Assembly: GCA_951406725.2 (NCBI GenBank)
Contig: OX597831.1
Coordinates: 44,454,001 to 44,518,000, forward strand
Length of the DNA stretch: 64,000 bases
Reading direction: 5' to 3'
Origin: Octopus vulgaris
Lineage: Eukaryota
How positions within the stretch are numbered: position 1 is the first letter of the stretch; each line of letters opens with the position of its first letter. Under the pieces are notes generated by a model. That model searched no databases and was not told the origin of the DNA. It was given only the letters and a program-made list of their open reading frames with translations. The position numbers were made by a program, and so were the translations under genes. Positions 12,951 to 25,950 of this stretch are shown here, in pieces.

Positions 12951-13356
12951 TGACCTGGAGAAGTCTAAGTTATTAGTATATGAGTCCTGTTTAGAATAGA
13001 AGTAAAAAAGAAAATGTTACCCAACCGCATGATATTTTAGCTTAATCCAAGTAGCTGTGGGGTTCGACTCTTTACAGTCATTCAAACCAAACTCTAATTC
13101 TCTCCCAACCCACACTTTTCCTGCAGATATCAACCTACAAATAGTCAAGCTAAGTATCAGTATATCATTTTCACCAATCTGAAAGAAACCATAAAATCCT
13201 TGGGCTCCACACCCCAACTGCACACAGACATACTCACTAACTTATAAAATAAATTCTAAAAAATAAGGGAAAATGTCAGTAAGAAGATTTTATAGTTTTC
13301 AAAGAATTTAAACCTATAAATTCATCATCCATCATTTAGCATCTTTCAGTGGCATG

Positions 13357-13765
13357 CAGGGCTAGATTAACACTCATAGAGGCCCTCAGCACTTAAAAGG
13401 TTTTGGTGCCCTCAAGTATACATAAATGGTTCAAAATGTAAACAATAATAAACCATAAAATAAATTTTTATTTTTCAAAATGAAACAAAACCAACAGTAA
13501 AATGGAAAATAATGTTCATTTTTGTATAATCCCACTTTATTTATATTTGAAAAGTTTTCTTTTTTTTTAATTTTTTTTTTTTTTAATTAATTTTACATAA
13601 AATTTCTGCTTCTATACTTAGTAGAGATAAGGCATCACGAATATTATTTTAGCAAGTTTAAAGTGATTTCTTTTGTGTCGTAAACCATTTTCATTACTGT
13701 GGTGCCCCCATCCTTTGATGCCCTAAGCACATGCTTATTTTGCTTAATGGGTCAATCCAGCACTG
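13357..13765. mobile_element. Non-autonomous hAT element (MITE)
   Basis: TIRs cagggctagatt / aatccagcactg; exact 8-bp TSD gtggcatg at 13349-13356 and 13766-13773. Confidence 0.8.
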
Positions 13766-14934
13766 GTGGCATGAAACAAAGGTACTCAGTACACAGTGTA
13801 AAATGGTAGGTGTTAGGATGGGCATCTGGCCATAGAAACTGTGCCAAAGGAAACACTGGAGTATGATGTAATCTTTAGATTCATCAGTTCCTGTTAAACT
13901 GTCCAACCTGTGCCAAAATGGAACATCCTCATCATTTAGCAGACAATGGACACTAAATGATGATGATGATGATGATATTCCATAATGGCATAGGTTGGAC
14001 AGTTTGACAGGAACTGATGCATCAGAGGACTACATCATACTCCAGTGTCTACTTTGGCATGGTTTCTATGGCCAGATGCCCTTCCTAACACTTACCATTT
14101 TATAGTATGTACTGAGTGCTTTTGTTTCGTGCCACTGGCACTCTTGAGATCACCATGTAGCTCACAGGTCAATAAACCCAGAGAGAGAATATATTGCATC
14201 TGTATGTTAGATGGGGTTTAAGGTATGAGGGAAGAAGTTGAAGGTAGAGCGAGGTTCCTGCTGTATAGGGGTTACATGACTACACACATTTAGGGGAGTG
14301 AGTGAGAATGAATTAGAAATATCTCCAAGGAGATAGCCAGTGGTAATGAGGTGTCCAAGTGGCGCTCCAGGTAGCAGGAACAATAATGGGGGGTGGGTGC
14401 AAGAGTGTTTGAAGAAAGAGATAGTGGAAGAGGAAGTAGACAACATCTGAAAAGATTGGGGCAAGGTTGAGGGGAGGGAGATGCACAAGTTGGGGAGGCT
14501 GAAGGGATGCTATCAGTCAGGTAGTAATGAATTATGTAAAAATAAGTTTCTACTACTAGTCTGGGGCTTAACAATGTTTTACATTTTATCATGAAAAATC
14601 ATTATCCATAATCAAGCATAACGTCCACTTGATAAATAAGCTACATAATCAATATTTTCAACAGATATCTGGAAATGAGCATTTTTTTCCCAACATAAAA
14701 TCTATAAAAATTGTTCCTCTGTTCCAATTTAGAGATGCTAATGATTCAGTAATTACTGTCCAAACTAATGAGGGTATCTTTACATGGTTTCTGGATCTGC
14801 TAGAAATAGCAGCTAATCCTCCTTCAGATCACACTCTACTATCTTTTAAAAAAGAGAAGACACATTAGATCAAGGCTGTGGGCTGCAGACTTTTATCTCA
14901 CAGCCTGCTTGATACTTTCTTGAAATAGGTTTAT

Positions 14935-15162
14935 TTAACCCTTTAGTGTTTAAACCGGCTATATCCGGCTCAAATATTCTACTCATTTTATGCTCAAACT
15001 GGCCAGAACCAGTATCTCACACCTACCCTGCAATATCATTCTAAAAATAAACAATTACATCTTTCAAATCTTGAAGTCACAAGATAATACCAGATTAATT
15101 TTTTAAAATGTAAATGAATAAAGATTACTTTTGACATATTAATTCGAACGCTAATGGGTTAA
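14935..15162 (+). mobile_element. piggyBac-like MITE
   Basis: TTAA-CCCTTTAG...CTAATGGG-TTAA termini; colinear with the 1411-1639 copy. Confidence 0.65.
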
Positions 15163-15619
15163 ACAATCATTTAAAAAATTTTATCAAAGATTTAAGATTG
15201 TAATGAAAAATAAAAAGAAAGATACTACTGTTTTTGTAACAATAATATTTCATGTTGAATCAATGATCATTCATTCATTATTGTAATAAGAGCACAAGAA
15301 AACAAAATGCTTTTAATTCTGTCAGCGGACATTAAACGATGATGGTGAATGTAACACAACAAGCATTACTTTTTTGGCGGTGGGGACCGACAGGAGGTAG
15401 TGAGGTTGTAGAGCCTTGCTTCGGTCGAGGGTAAATAATATAAATTTGTCCTATTGTAAAAAAGTAGGCAATTTGAATGCTAAATGGTGAAATGTTCTCC
15501 ATCTTGTAGACCATTAAATGCTAGCATAAAAATTTACAGTGCTATGGTGTGTATCTCAGTTTACGGAATATCTGTGTGTATCTTTGTTTTTAGGGTGGAT
15601 ATACCATTTTTTAAGGGTA

Positions 15620-16334
15620 AAGATATGGTCAATTACATCAACCCCTATACTTGACTGGCACTTTATTTCATTGACCCCCTCAAAGGATGATAAGCGAAGT
15701 TGACCTCAGCAGTATTTGAACTCAGGACATAAACAGTCAAAAGAAATACTGCTAAGCATTTTGTCCAATATATTAATGATTCAGTGAGCTTGCTACCTTT
15801 ATAATAATAATAATCCTTTCTATTCAGGGTACAAGGCCTGAAATTTGCTAGGAGGGGACTAGTTGATTACATCAACTCCTGTGTTTCACTGGTACTTAAT
15901 TTTATCAGCTCCAAAGGGATGAAAGGCAAAGTCAACCTCAGCGGAATAATAATAATAATGATTTCAAATTTTTGCCTCAAGAGCAGCTTGTGGGAGGGGA
16001 TTAAGTCGATTATATTGACCCCACTGTTTCACTGGTACTTAATTTATTGACCCCAAAAGGATGAAAGGCAAAATGACCTCAGTGGAATAATGATAATAAT
16101 AATAAAGATTTCAAATTTTTGCCTTAAGGGCAGCTTGTGGGAGGGAATTAAATCGATTACATTGACCCCAGTGTTTCACTGGTACTTAATTTATCAACAC
16201 TCAAAGGATGAAAGGTAAAGTTGACCTCGGCGGAATTTGAACTCGGAATGTAGCAACAGGCGAAATACCACTAAGCATTCCGTCCAGCATGCTAACGATT
16301 CAGCTAACTCACCACCTTAATAATAATGATGATG

Positions 16335-16369
<35 letters not shown>

Positions 16370-16880
16370 CCTTTCTACTATAGGCACAAGGCCTGAAATT
16401 TGGGGGAAGGGGATTGTTGATTACATCACCCCCAGTACTCAACTGGTACTTATGCTATCAACCCCAAAAGAATGAAAGGCTAAGTGGAATTTGGCAGAAT
16501 TACTACTACTACTACTAATAATAATAATAATAATAGTTATGGTTTCAAATTTTGTCAAAAGGCCAACAATTTCAGGAGAGAGGACATGTCAGTTACATCG
16601 ACCCCTGTGTTTGACTGCTGCTTCTTTTATCGACTCCAAAAGGATAAAAAGCAGAGATGACTTTGGTGGAATTTTAACCCAGAACATAATGACAGAAAAG
16701 ATGCTCTTAAGCTTTTTGTCCAGTGTGTTAATGATTCTACCAGTTTGCCACCTTAATGATACTAATAATACTAATAACTCTTTCTACTATAGGCACAAGG
16801 GCTGAAATTTTGTGGAGATTTTTAGTTGATAACATCAACCTCAGTACACAACTGGTACTTCTTTTATTGACCCTGAAAAA
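15620..16880 (-). mobile_element. Tandem cluster of about 7 partial SINEs with a Nin/Deu-like domain, separated by (AAT)n
   Basis: Repeated module gattacatcgacccca...actggtacttaatttatcgacccc..aaaggatgaaaggcaaagtcgacctc. Confidence 0.75.
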
Positions 16881-16962
16881 ATGAAACTTCGAAACCAATA
16901 TTAATGCTATAATTCTTTTGCCGTAAAATAATTCAGAAAATTTTTTTTTTTTCAGATAAAGA

Positions 16963-17124
16963 ATGAGCAACCACATTGCCGACACTTTACTACAACATGA
17001 ACACATAGTTAAAGAGGACCACCTTACACAACTCTTCAACTTTATTTCCAAACACCAATGGATTTATGACTTCCAGTTTACAAAATTCTTTGTGGAAGAA
17101 GTTTGGAAGAAGGCCCCTGCAGGA
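16963..17124 (+). CDS. METTL25B: METTL25-family methyltransferase, coding exon 1
   Basis: ATG at 16963, MSNHIADTLL...HQWIYDFQFTKFFVEEVWKKAPAG, GTAAGT donor; preceded by a polyT-CAG acceptor at 16955; paralogue assignment (METTL25B vs METTL25) is tentative. Confidence 0.8.
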
Positions 17125-17824
17125 GTAAGTTCTGTTACCTGAGATATATTACCTCTTAAAATGTGAAATGGGATAAGGTGTTAGGATGTGCAGCTGTTAT
17201 TCTTGTTTGCCCTAGGTCAGCCTTGATCAAGTAGATCTCAGAATTCATCATCATCATTGTCAACATCATCATCATCGTCATCATCATTGTTGTCATCATC
17301 ATCATCATTGTCATCATTATAATTGTTGTCATCATCATCATTGTTTTAACGTCTGCTTTTCCATGCTTGCATTGTTTGGATCAGAACAAACTGGAGCTGA
17401 ATTTTCTACAGCTGGATGCCTTTCCTGTTACCAACCCATGCCTATTTTCCCTGGAAGCAAGCATCACTATTGAAATGAGCCTTTTTGCTTACAAAGACCA
17501 TGCAACATATCAAGAACATATCAGATATGCTTTTGTAGTGAACTATTATATACAACTAGCAAACCCATAAAAATGAGGGAAAATAAGAACTCATTCACAT
17601 GCTTGCACACACATACACACACACACACACACACATAAAAATATGCCTTTTTTTGCAGTTTCTATCTATCAAATCAATTCACCAGGTTTTGGTTTGTTCA
17701 AAGCTATAGTAGAACACACATGCCCAAGATATCATGCATGGGGACTGAACCCAGAACCAGGTGATTCAGAAGTGAATTTACCACAAAGCCTCACCTGCAC
17801 CTATTTTGTGTGTGTGTGTAGTAG

Positions 17825-18030
17825 GCATCCATCAGTCTAGGGAGGCCATGGATTTGTGCTCAAAGAAATCTTGTCAGCTGTTTATGATGGTACACTGCCT
17901 CCTGTGTCTGTAGAGGCCCACATCGGAGTGGCAGTTACGCATACAGCAACTGCATTTGAAGGAGCTCGCTGTCAGCACTACTGGCTTTTCCTTCCAACAA
18001 GTGTGTTCCTCTTTTTCTTCACCTCGCTTC
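17825..18030 (-). mobile_element. RTE/BovB-like LINE extreme 3' fragment
   Basis: C-terminal CSCCMRNCHSDVGLYRHRRQC zinc-finger-like motif typical of RTE ORF2. Confidence 0.6.
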
Positions 18031-18405
18031 ATCCCCTCTCGCAGTATTTGTCCCCAGCATGGGCGATCATTTGTACCCTCCTCCCATCTCAGAACATCAC
18101 TATTACCTGTACAGGTGTACAATGTGCCACATGTCGGATGAAATGGTTTGCTCAAGGACACTATACAACACTCTGTGTGGGAATCGAAACCACAATCTCA
18201 TAATCATGAGTACAACACCCTAACAACTGAGCCATACACTTTCACATGCACACACACATTCACACACACACACATACACATATAAAATAGTAAGAAATGA
18301 AAAGCATGCATAGCATTTCATCAAATAATAAGTTTCAAAATTTGAACAGAAAACCATACAAAGGAACAAAGAGAAAATTCATACACAGGACAAGATGATG
18401 CTAAT

Positions 18406-18445
<40 letters not shown>

Positions 18446-19375
18446 GAGGGCATTACTATACATAAATGCTTCACGCTAGGAGGGACCCTTAAAGTCAAAA
18501 CTAGCTTTGACTTTAAGAGTCCCACCTAGCATGAGGCATTTATGTATAGTAATGCCCTTAATATAAATAAATGTATTTAAAGGGAATAATTAACAAATTT
18601 TTCCCTTATGAGGTTAGGTTTTTCATGCTAACTACTTGATAATCTCTTATAAAGATTTTATCCTATTTTTAAATTATATATATATATATATATAAAACAA
18701 ATTAAATGGGTAGCTTATTAGCAATTTGAATCTAAAGGCAAAATTAATACGGGTCACAAAAGTGACCAAGGGTGCTGACCAGCACCGCCCATTTAATTTG
18801 TTGTTTGCACTTTTACTGCTTTGAAAATCAGCACAGGTTTTCAACGGTTTTTCTTATAAGACTGACAGCGGTAGTTGAGTTTAACCCTAGGCATTAAGAG
18901 TCACTGACAAGGATTAAGCTGCTATGCCTCAAAATCCAAAATTATTCGATCCAGTTATATACAGTGGGGACTTACCTCCCTTCGTCAATCATTAAGTACA
19001 GTGCTTTGTGGCTTTTGAGTTATTTTAACTCTTGTTTCTGGCAATAGCTGGTGCTGGTCAGTACCTTCGGTCACTTATGTGTCCTCTATTAATTTTGCCT
19101 ATATATATATTACAATTACATCATAAAATTCTCAAAGCTAAGAGATAACACATTATTAATTCACAATAATGGGAATAAATAAGCATTACATTAGGTGGAG
19201 TAATCAGAATGCTAAAGGGTTAACTGATAATGCATGAGCTATTAATCCAACATGTTATTTTATTAAGAGCAAGGTCAGTATTTAAAAAAATAATCTTTAT
19301 CATTCATTGCTCAATTTGTTATACCTTAAAACTCTCCAAAATGTTTTTGTTTCAATTTCTTTGTTTCGTTTCTAG

Positions 19376-19441
19376 TGGCTGGATTATTTAATAACATTGT
19401 CAACAGAACAACTTAAACACCTAACAGAAGGAACAATAACG
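19376..19441 (+). CDS. METTL25B: METTL25-family coding exon 2 (66 nt)
   Basis: ttgtttcgtttctAG acceptor, WLDYLITLSTEQLKHLTEGTIT, GTAAAT donor; phase 0/0; continues the WxxxPxxW motif. Confidence 0.75.
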
Positions 19442-19529
19442 GTAAATATAATAATTATTTCTCCTCCATTTTGTCAGTTGTCATCAAAATATTCTATTGG
19501 GGAATGAGTGTTTTCTTGTTGTTTTCTCA

Positions 19530-20235
19530 TCTCTATATCTATAAACAGCAAAATGTCTGTGTATCCGTGTGTCTGTGTGTCCTTTATACAAATCCACAGT
19601 TTTTCATGTAAAAGGCTCGCATTTTCTATGGGCTTTCAAAACTGTCTGAGGGTGGTTGTGAAGATCTTTTCATTTCCTCAGTCACCCCAGAAAGCCATTA
19701 AAAAAAATCGATAAACCGACCCCTTATGCCCATAAGTTATGGGCATATCCATTCAAAATCGCTAAAACATAGAAATTTGTACGCGGTGCATGCGTACAGC
19801 TAGATACGCCAATAGACTGCCAGCTGTTTTTTGATTGGACACCTCTGCCAGTCAAACTCCCAACCCATGCATTCCCGTCGTGACACTGATTGTGCAGAAC
19901 TGGGTTGGGTGTGAAACCAAAACTCATCAAACAAGATTTATGTGTATTTTCAAAATCATGCTATTTTGCAGCCAAACTCAAGTTTTTCACTTTCTTCTGC
20001 CTTCTTTTTTGTCTGACTAATGGCTTGTGCACAGTCCCACTAATTTTCCATGATTATGCCATTCCAGGTGTGAAAACCAAAGTCCAATGAATATTAATTA
20101 CTCTCATAAAAAGCTCCAACTAGCTCATAAACAAGAAAACTGGCCCGGGCTGAAATGTGATAAGAAACTTAGCTCTTGATTTAGTGAGAAATTTTTACTG
20201 CGACCCGGCAATGAACAACATGCACTAGCACTAGA
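19530..20235 (+). mobile_element. Probable non-autonomous Helitron-like element
   Basis: 5' tctatatctataaac...gtctgtgt start; CTAG near the 3' end; internal CpG-rich segment. Confidence 0.35.
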
Positions 20236-20934
20236 CCTGGCAACATATATATTTGTGTCTGGTGATGTGTTTACGTCCCCGTAACTTAGCGGTTCGGCAT
20301 AAGAGACCGATAGAATAAGTACTGGACTTGCAAAGAATAAGTCCTGGGGTCAATTTGCTCAACTAAAGGTGGTGCTCCAGCATGGCTGCAGTCAAAGGAC
20401 TGAAACAAATAAAAGAGTAAAGAGAGAGACATTGTACTAAAGTAAAAAATAATAATCTTGGAAGTCAGGAGAGCTTCTACATAGTGCCATGGTGACACTA
20501 ACTTCTAATGTTTTTTCAAAAGCAATACATTGGTTATTGTAAATCAGTGTACACTATTCCTGAAAAATTAAGATTGGATGGTCACGGTAGAAATGCCTTT
20601 GATCATAGGTTTGCTCAGTCATAGCTTACCTAATGTTTAACAACAGCAGCAGCAAATTTCCAAGTATTAGAGAGTATCTATCCAGATAATTCTTTAATGT
20701 TGAAGGCATGAGGCCGAGTGGTTAAGCCGTTGAACTCATGATCACAAGATCACGGTTTCAATTCTTGGATTGGTTGGGATTGCATTGTTTTTTTTTAGAA
20801 AAAGACTTCAGTTCACATTGCTGTGTGATCACTTTGACACCTACAGCTGTTCAGGCAACATCAATTTCATGGTGGGAATGAGCTAACATACAGCACAAAC
20901 ATTTGATCACTTTTGTTATTTGGGAAATAGGGTG

Positions 20935-21486
20935 GATGTGGAGCAGCTGTGATGTCAAGAGTGAGACTTGGCGGGGTGAAGTTCAGGGAATGTGGAGTGT
21001 TATTATATGGGAAAAGGTTCTCCTTGAAGATGAAAGGAAGGGTTTATCAGAGTTGCGTGAGATCTACAATGCTGTATGGGAGTGAGGCATGGTGTCTGAG
21101 GGAAAGCGAAATGGCAGTTTTGAGAAGGACTGAGAGAGCAATGTGTGATGTGAAACTGTTGGATAAAAGGAAGGCTGAGGACTTGATGAGGATGTTGGGG
21201 TTGAAGGAATCGATGGAACAACTGGCAAGGGTGAATGGAGTGCGGTGGTTTGGACATGTGTTGAGGAGGGATGTGGATCATGTTCTGAGGAGAGTGCTTG
21301 AGTTCAAAGTGAATAAACCATGAAAGTGAGGTTGGCCAAAAAAATGTGGAGGGTACAGGTGGAGCAGAGGATTGAGGAGGGAGGACGTCCAAAACCAGGC
21401 GAGATGGTGTGAGAGCAGTTGCTATAAGAATGAGGTAGATCTGACCACCCCTGTTAACAGGGACAAACCCAGATTTAAAATATTGG
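20935..21486 (+). mobile_element. RTE-clade LINE ORF2 3' fragment
   Basis: KGRVYQSCVRSTMLYGSEAW...RWFGHVLRRD...LRRVLEF, canonical RTE post-RT motifs. Confidence 0.9.
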
Positions 21487-21677
21487 AATTCAGCAACAAA
21501 TTGCAGAACCATCTTTCTTGAACTTTGAAGACTACTATCATGTATGATTTGACAACCATTGTCAAATCCTGAATAGAAATACACGACTATTATAAATACT
21601 CATTTCTTCTATGTTGGAAAATCTGAAGACCTTTTTTGGCTTAATAAAGAATGAATTTGTTTTTATTTGTGTTACAG

Positions 21678-21899
21678 AGTAACTGTCCAGATAGCCTGAA
21701 AGAATACATTGAGACATGCATAGAGTTATCTACACACCGGAAACAGTTGGACAACTTTGATCCTCCACCACTTAATTCATTTTTCACTGATGGCCTGAGT
21801 ATGAAGAAAAAACATGAAATAACTGCCATGTCAAGTCTTGTTCATAATCTAGCCTCTTGTGCAAACATCCATACTTTGGTTGATGTTGGTTCTGGTCTG
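21678..21899 (+). CDS. METTL25B: METTL25-family coding exon 3 (KKxHE motif and SAM-binding motif I)
   Basis: ttacAG acceptor; SNCPDSLKEY...GLSMKKKHEITAMSSLV...LVDVGSGL; GTGAGT donor. Confidence 0.92.
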
Positions 21900-22452
21900 G
21901 TGAGTATTGCTTCTTGCATTGAAACAAGTTTAAACTAATTTTAATTATTTTGTGCACAGCACAACACAGCATTTACTGGATAATGTGAAATATTTTATGC
22001 AATCTTTATCTTTCGTTTTTTTGTTTTTTTCTTTTACTTTTTACTTGTCTCATTCGTTGGACCGTAGCCATGCTGGGCCACTGCCTTGAAGAATTTGGTA
22101 GAACAAATTGACCCTAGTGCTAATCTTTTTTTCAGTCTGGTATTTACTCTTTCAATCTCTTATGCCAAACTGCTAAGTATGGGAACATAACAAACCAACA
22201 CTAATTGCCAAGGAACAGAAGAAACAAACACAAACACACACACATTCAACTGTGTATAGACACACACACACACACACATCCGAATTTGTATGATTGTGTA
22301 TTGAAGAATATGTTAATCAATCAAATTCCAATCTAGTCTGATTTTTACGTTTTATTATTTACAATTTTCACAATATTATAATAACAGAATTTTATATATT
22401 TATTGTTATAAAACTAGTACCTTCATGTGCTACGCAATCATCAGGTTTATGT

Positions 22453-22513
<61 letters not shown>

Positions 22514-23108
22514 ACAGTCGTCATCATCATCACCTTCATCATCCTTTAATGTCTGCTTTCCATGCTGGCATGGGTTGGATGGTTTGATTGGCAAGCTGGA
22601 GAGCTGTACCAGGTTCCAGTCTGATTTGGCTTGGTTTCCACGGCTGGATGCCCTTCCAAATGCCAACCACTTTACAGAGTGTGCTGAGTGCTTTTAATGT
22701 GGCACCGCACAAGCGCTGTTACATGGCATCAGCACAGGCCACTTGCAAACCACGCCTCCTCACTTTATTAAATAGTCTAAAGTGGTTCTGAGAAAATAAG
22801 CACAGGTATGGCTGTGTAGTTTAAGAAGTTGAACAAGCATATGATCAAAGAAGCATTCCAACTGTGGCCATCCATAAATTTATATATCTAGAACTACATT
22901 GTCACATTCATCCTTCCCTTTTTGAGATTGTAGGATATGATTTGAATGAGATTTGGCTACTATGTTTAACAGTTTGTGCAATTTCATTAAGGATCCCTCA
23001 TTAGTTTACTAAGTAACTTTGTTGTTGTAATTGTTGTTATTGTGGAGCAGAGGAAGCAGGAAGACAAGGATTTATTTCTAATATTTCATTTAATCTCTTA
23101 ATCCACAG

Positions 23109-23214
23109 GGTTACATAGATCATGCATTATCTTCTACGCATGGCTATGATATTTTGGGCATTGAATGCCATGAAATTTTTGCTCATAAATCTGAAATGCG
23201 TGCTGCTCAATTTG
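23109..23214 (+). CDS. METTL25B: METTL25-family coding exon 4
   Basis: ccacAG acceptor; GYIDHALSSTHGYDILGIECHEIFAHKSEMRAAQF, completing DVGSGLGY; GTAAGC donor, phase 1. Confidence 0.9.
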
Positions 23215-23316
23215 GTAAGCATTATTCCATAACTTCAAATAACCAATTTACCATTTTGCTGCTGTGCTTTGTAATGCTTCAGATCTATTTTTGCTTTTCA
23301 CTTTCTTCCCTCACAG

Positions 23317-23598
23317 AAATTGAACAGCTTCCAACTTGTAAATTTTCCACTTGCATCCTTCAATTGAAGCAGTCAAAAGAATGCCTACAACAGTTTGAAG
23401 AAGCCCTCAGTAACCATCAACAACAACATAGAAGACCTCCTACAACAGCATCACCGTCCGCAGAAGAACCTGTAATGTTGATGGGGTTACATTGTTGTGG
23501 AGATTTGACACCAACAGTCATGAACATCTTCCTGCAGCTAAACCAAGCTCGTATATTGTCATGTATCAGTTGTTGCTACCACAAAATGGATTATAACA
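23317..23598 (+). CDS. METTL25B: METTL25-family coding exon 5
   Basis: ctcacAG acceptor; contains LMGLHCCGDLT and SCISCCYHKM, the family GLHxCGDL and CCY motifs; GTGAGT donor. Confidence 0.93.
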
Positions 23599-23975
23599 GT
23601 GAGTTCTTATCATGTCTGCTGTGAAGTTCTTCAGTAAACATCTATCTCCATTTTTGATTCGATTTTAGGCTTTTTCTCAAAAATTCCATTGTTAGAATAT
23701 ATCTGATTCACACATGAATGGACAGCTCTGTCAAACAGGTCATCGTTTTATCTTTTGTTATCTTTTACCTTTTCCGGTCATTAGACTGGGGCACCACCTT
23801 GAAGCAATTTAGTCAAACAAATCAACCCCATTGCCTTTTATTTTTTAAAGCTTGGTACTTAGTCTATCGGTCTCTTTTGTTGAACCACACAAAGTTATGG
23901 AGGACATAAACACACCAACACCAGTTGTCAAGGTGGTGGAAGACAAACACAGACACAAAGACATACACACACAGA

Positions 23976-24710
23976 TATCATCATCATCATCATTTAACGT
24001 CTGCTTTCCATGCTGGCATGGGTTGGATGGTTTGACTGAGGACTGGCAAGCCAGCAGCTGCACCAGGCTCCAATCTGACCTGGCAAGGTTTGTACAGCTG
24101 GATGCCCTTCCTAACACCAACCACTCCAAGAGTGTAGTGGGTGCTTTTTACGTGCCACCAGTACGAGGGCCAGTCAGGGGGAGCTGGCATCGACCACACT
24201 TGAATTGTGCTTTTTACATACCACCAGCACAGGAGCCAGTCAGGCGGCACTGGCAATGACCACACTCAAATGGTGTTTTTTACATGCCATCAACACAGGT
24301 ACCAGTCAGGGGGCACTGGCATCAGCCACGTTCGGATGGTGCTTTTTACATGCCACCAGCACAGGAGCCAGTCAGGCGGCACTGGCAATGACTCCGCTCG
24401 AATGTTGCTTTTTACGTGCCACCGGCACAGGAACCGGTCAAGGAGGCACTGGGAATAGCCACGTTCAAATGGTGCTTTTTTACGTGCCTCCAGCATGGGA
24501 GCTAGTCAGGCAGTACTGGCATTGGCCACGACAATGATTTCACTTGACTCAACAGGTCTACTCAACCACAGTTTATTGCCCAATGATTGAAAAGTATTCT
24601 TAAATGGGCTGGTTATGCTACCCTGGCATAGGCCACGGTTATGGTCTCACTTGACTCGCCAGGTCTTCTCTAGCACAACATATCTCCAAAGGTCTCTGTC
24701 GCTCCATGAG
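23976..24710 (-). mobile_element. RTE-LINE 3' UTR copy with about 6 internal 60-bp repeats
   Basis: (CAT)n start, family core, and repeated gtgctttttac(a/g)tgccacc units at 24140-24530. Confidence 0.75.
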
Positions 24711-25469
24711 GTGGTGGTGGCGACGACGATGGTGACTACAGCGACGACGATTTCGTTGGGAAGGAGGTTGTCCTATCATGTCTTTCACTAGTTTAGATCT
24801 ACTTGGACTTTTCAAGTTAAAGTCCTTGAGATACCATGCAGTATTACTGATAATGATAATTTCTATAATAAGTATAAGGCTACTAATATTGACTGGAAGT
24901 GTGCAGTCAACTTAATCATCCACACTACATGATTAACACTTACTTTATTGACCGTCAAAGGAATGAAAATGCACAGTTTACTTCGAGATTTGAAGCCAGA
25001 ATGTAAGGGGGATAACTACATACATCCCCCACCTCGGGCTTTTCGTCCAGTTCTCTACCGTTACTGCTATCCACTGTGCTAATTAATAAATTATTTCTGT
25101 TTTTGGTATCAGGACATATTATAGAAAAAGAAAAGTTCAATTTAACTAGCATCAGTACTTTACTGTCACTGAGTGCGAATTTATCGACCCCCTTTTGTGA
25201 TCGATAAATTCACACTCAACTCAAACCCTACCATCTTTTAAAAGAAGGATGCCATTGAACAAGAAAAAGATCGTTGATCACAGCTGTGACCAGCGATCTT
25301 CTGTAATCATTATTTTCCTGAGGAGGGGCATCATTGTTGTTTTAAAGAAGTTGTTCCTCTTTAACCATTTTTGTTGTTTTATATTGACTTTTCTTTTTAT
25401 TTTATTTTTTCCTGTTTCGGCAGTTTAAACCATTTCCACAGTAACTATTACATAACTATGAAGTGTTAC

Positions 25470-25950
25470 TACTTATTTCTTTATTGCCCACAAGGGGCTA
25501 AACATAGAGGGGACAAACAAGGACAATCAAAGGGATTAAGTCGATTACATCGACTCCAGTGCGTAATTGCTACTTAATTTATCGACCCCGAAAGGATGAA
25601 AGGTTAAGTTGACCTCGGCAGGATTTGAACTGTGAACGTAACAGCAGACGAAATACTTATTTCTTTATTACCCACAAGGGGCTAAACACAGAAGGGACAA
25701 ACAAGGACAGACATAGGTATTAAGTCGATTACATCGACCCCAGTGCATAACTGGTACTTAATTTATCGACCCCGAAAGGATGAAAGGCAAAGTCGACCTC
25801 GGCGGAATTTGAACACACAACGTAACGCAGACGAAATACCGCTAAGCATTTCGCCCGGCGTGCTAACGTTTCTGCCAGCTCGCTGCCTTAAAAGAAATAC
25901 TGCTAGGCATTTCGCCTGGCGTGCTAACGTTTCTACCAGCTCGCCGCCTT
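25470..25950 (-). mobile_element. Two tandem young Nin/Deu-domain SINE copies
   Basis: Duplicated cccacaaggggctaaaca...tttatcgaccccgaaaggatgaaagg...gaatttgaac, with a duplicated tRNA-like head; also at 43835-44069, 46128-46352 and 57188-57405. Confidence 0.8.
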
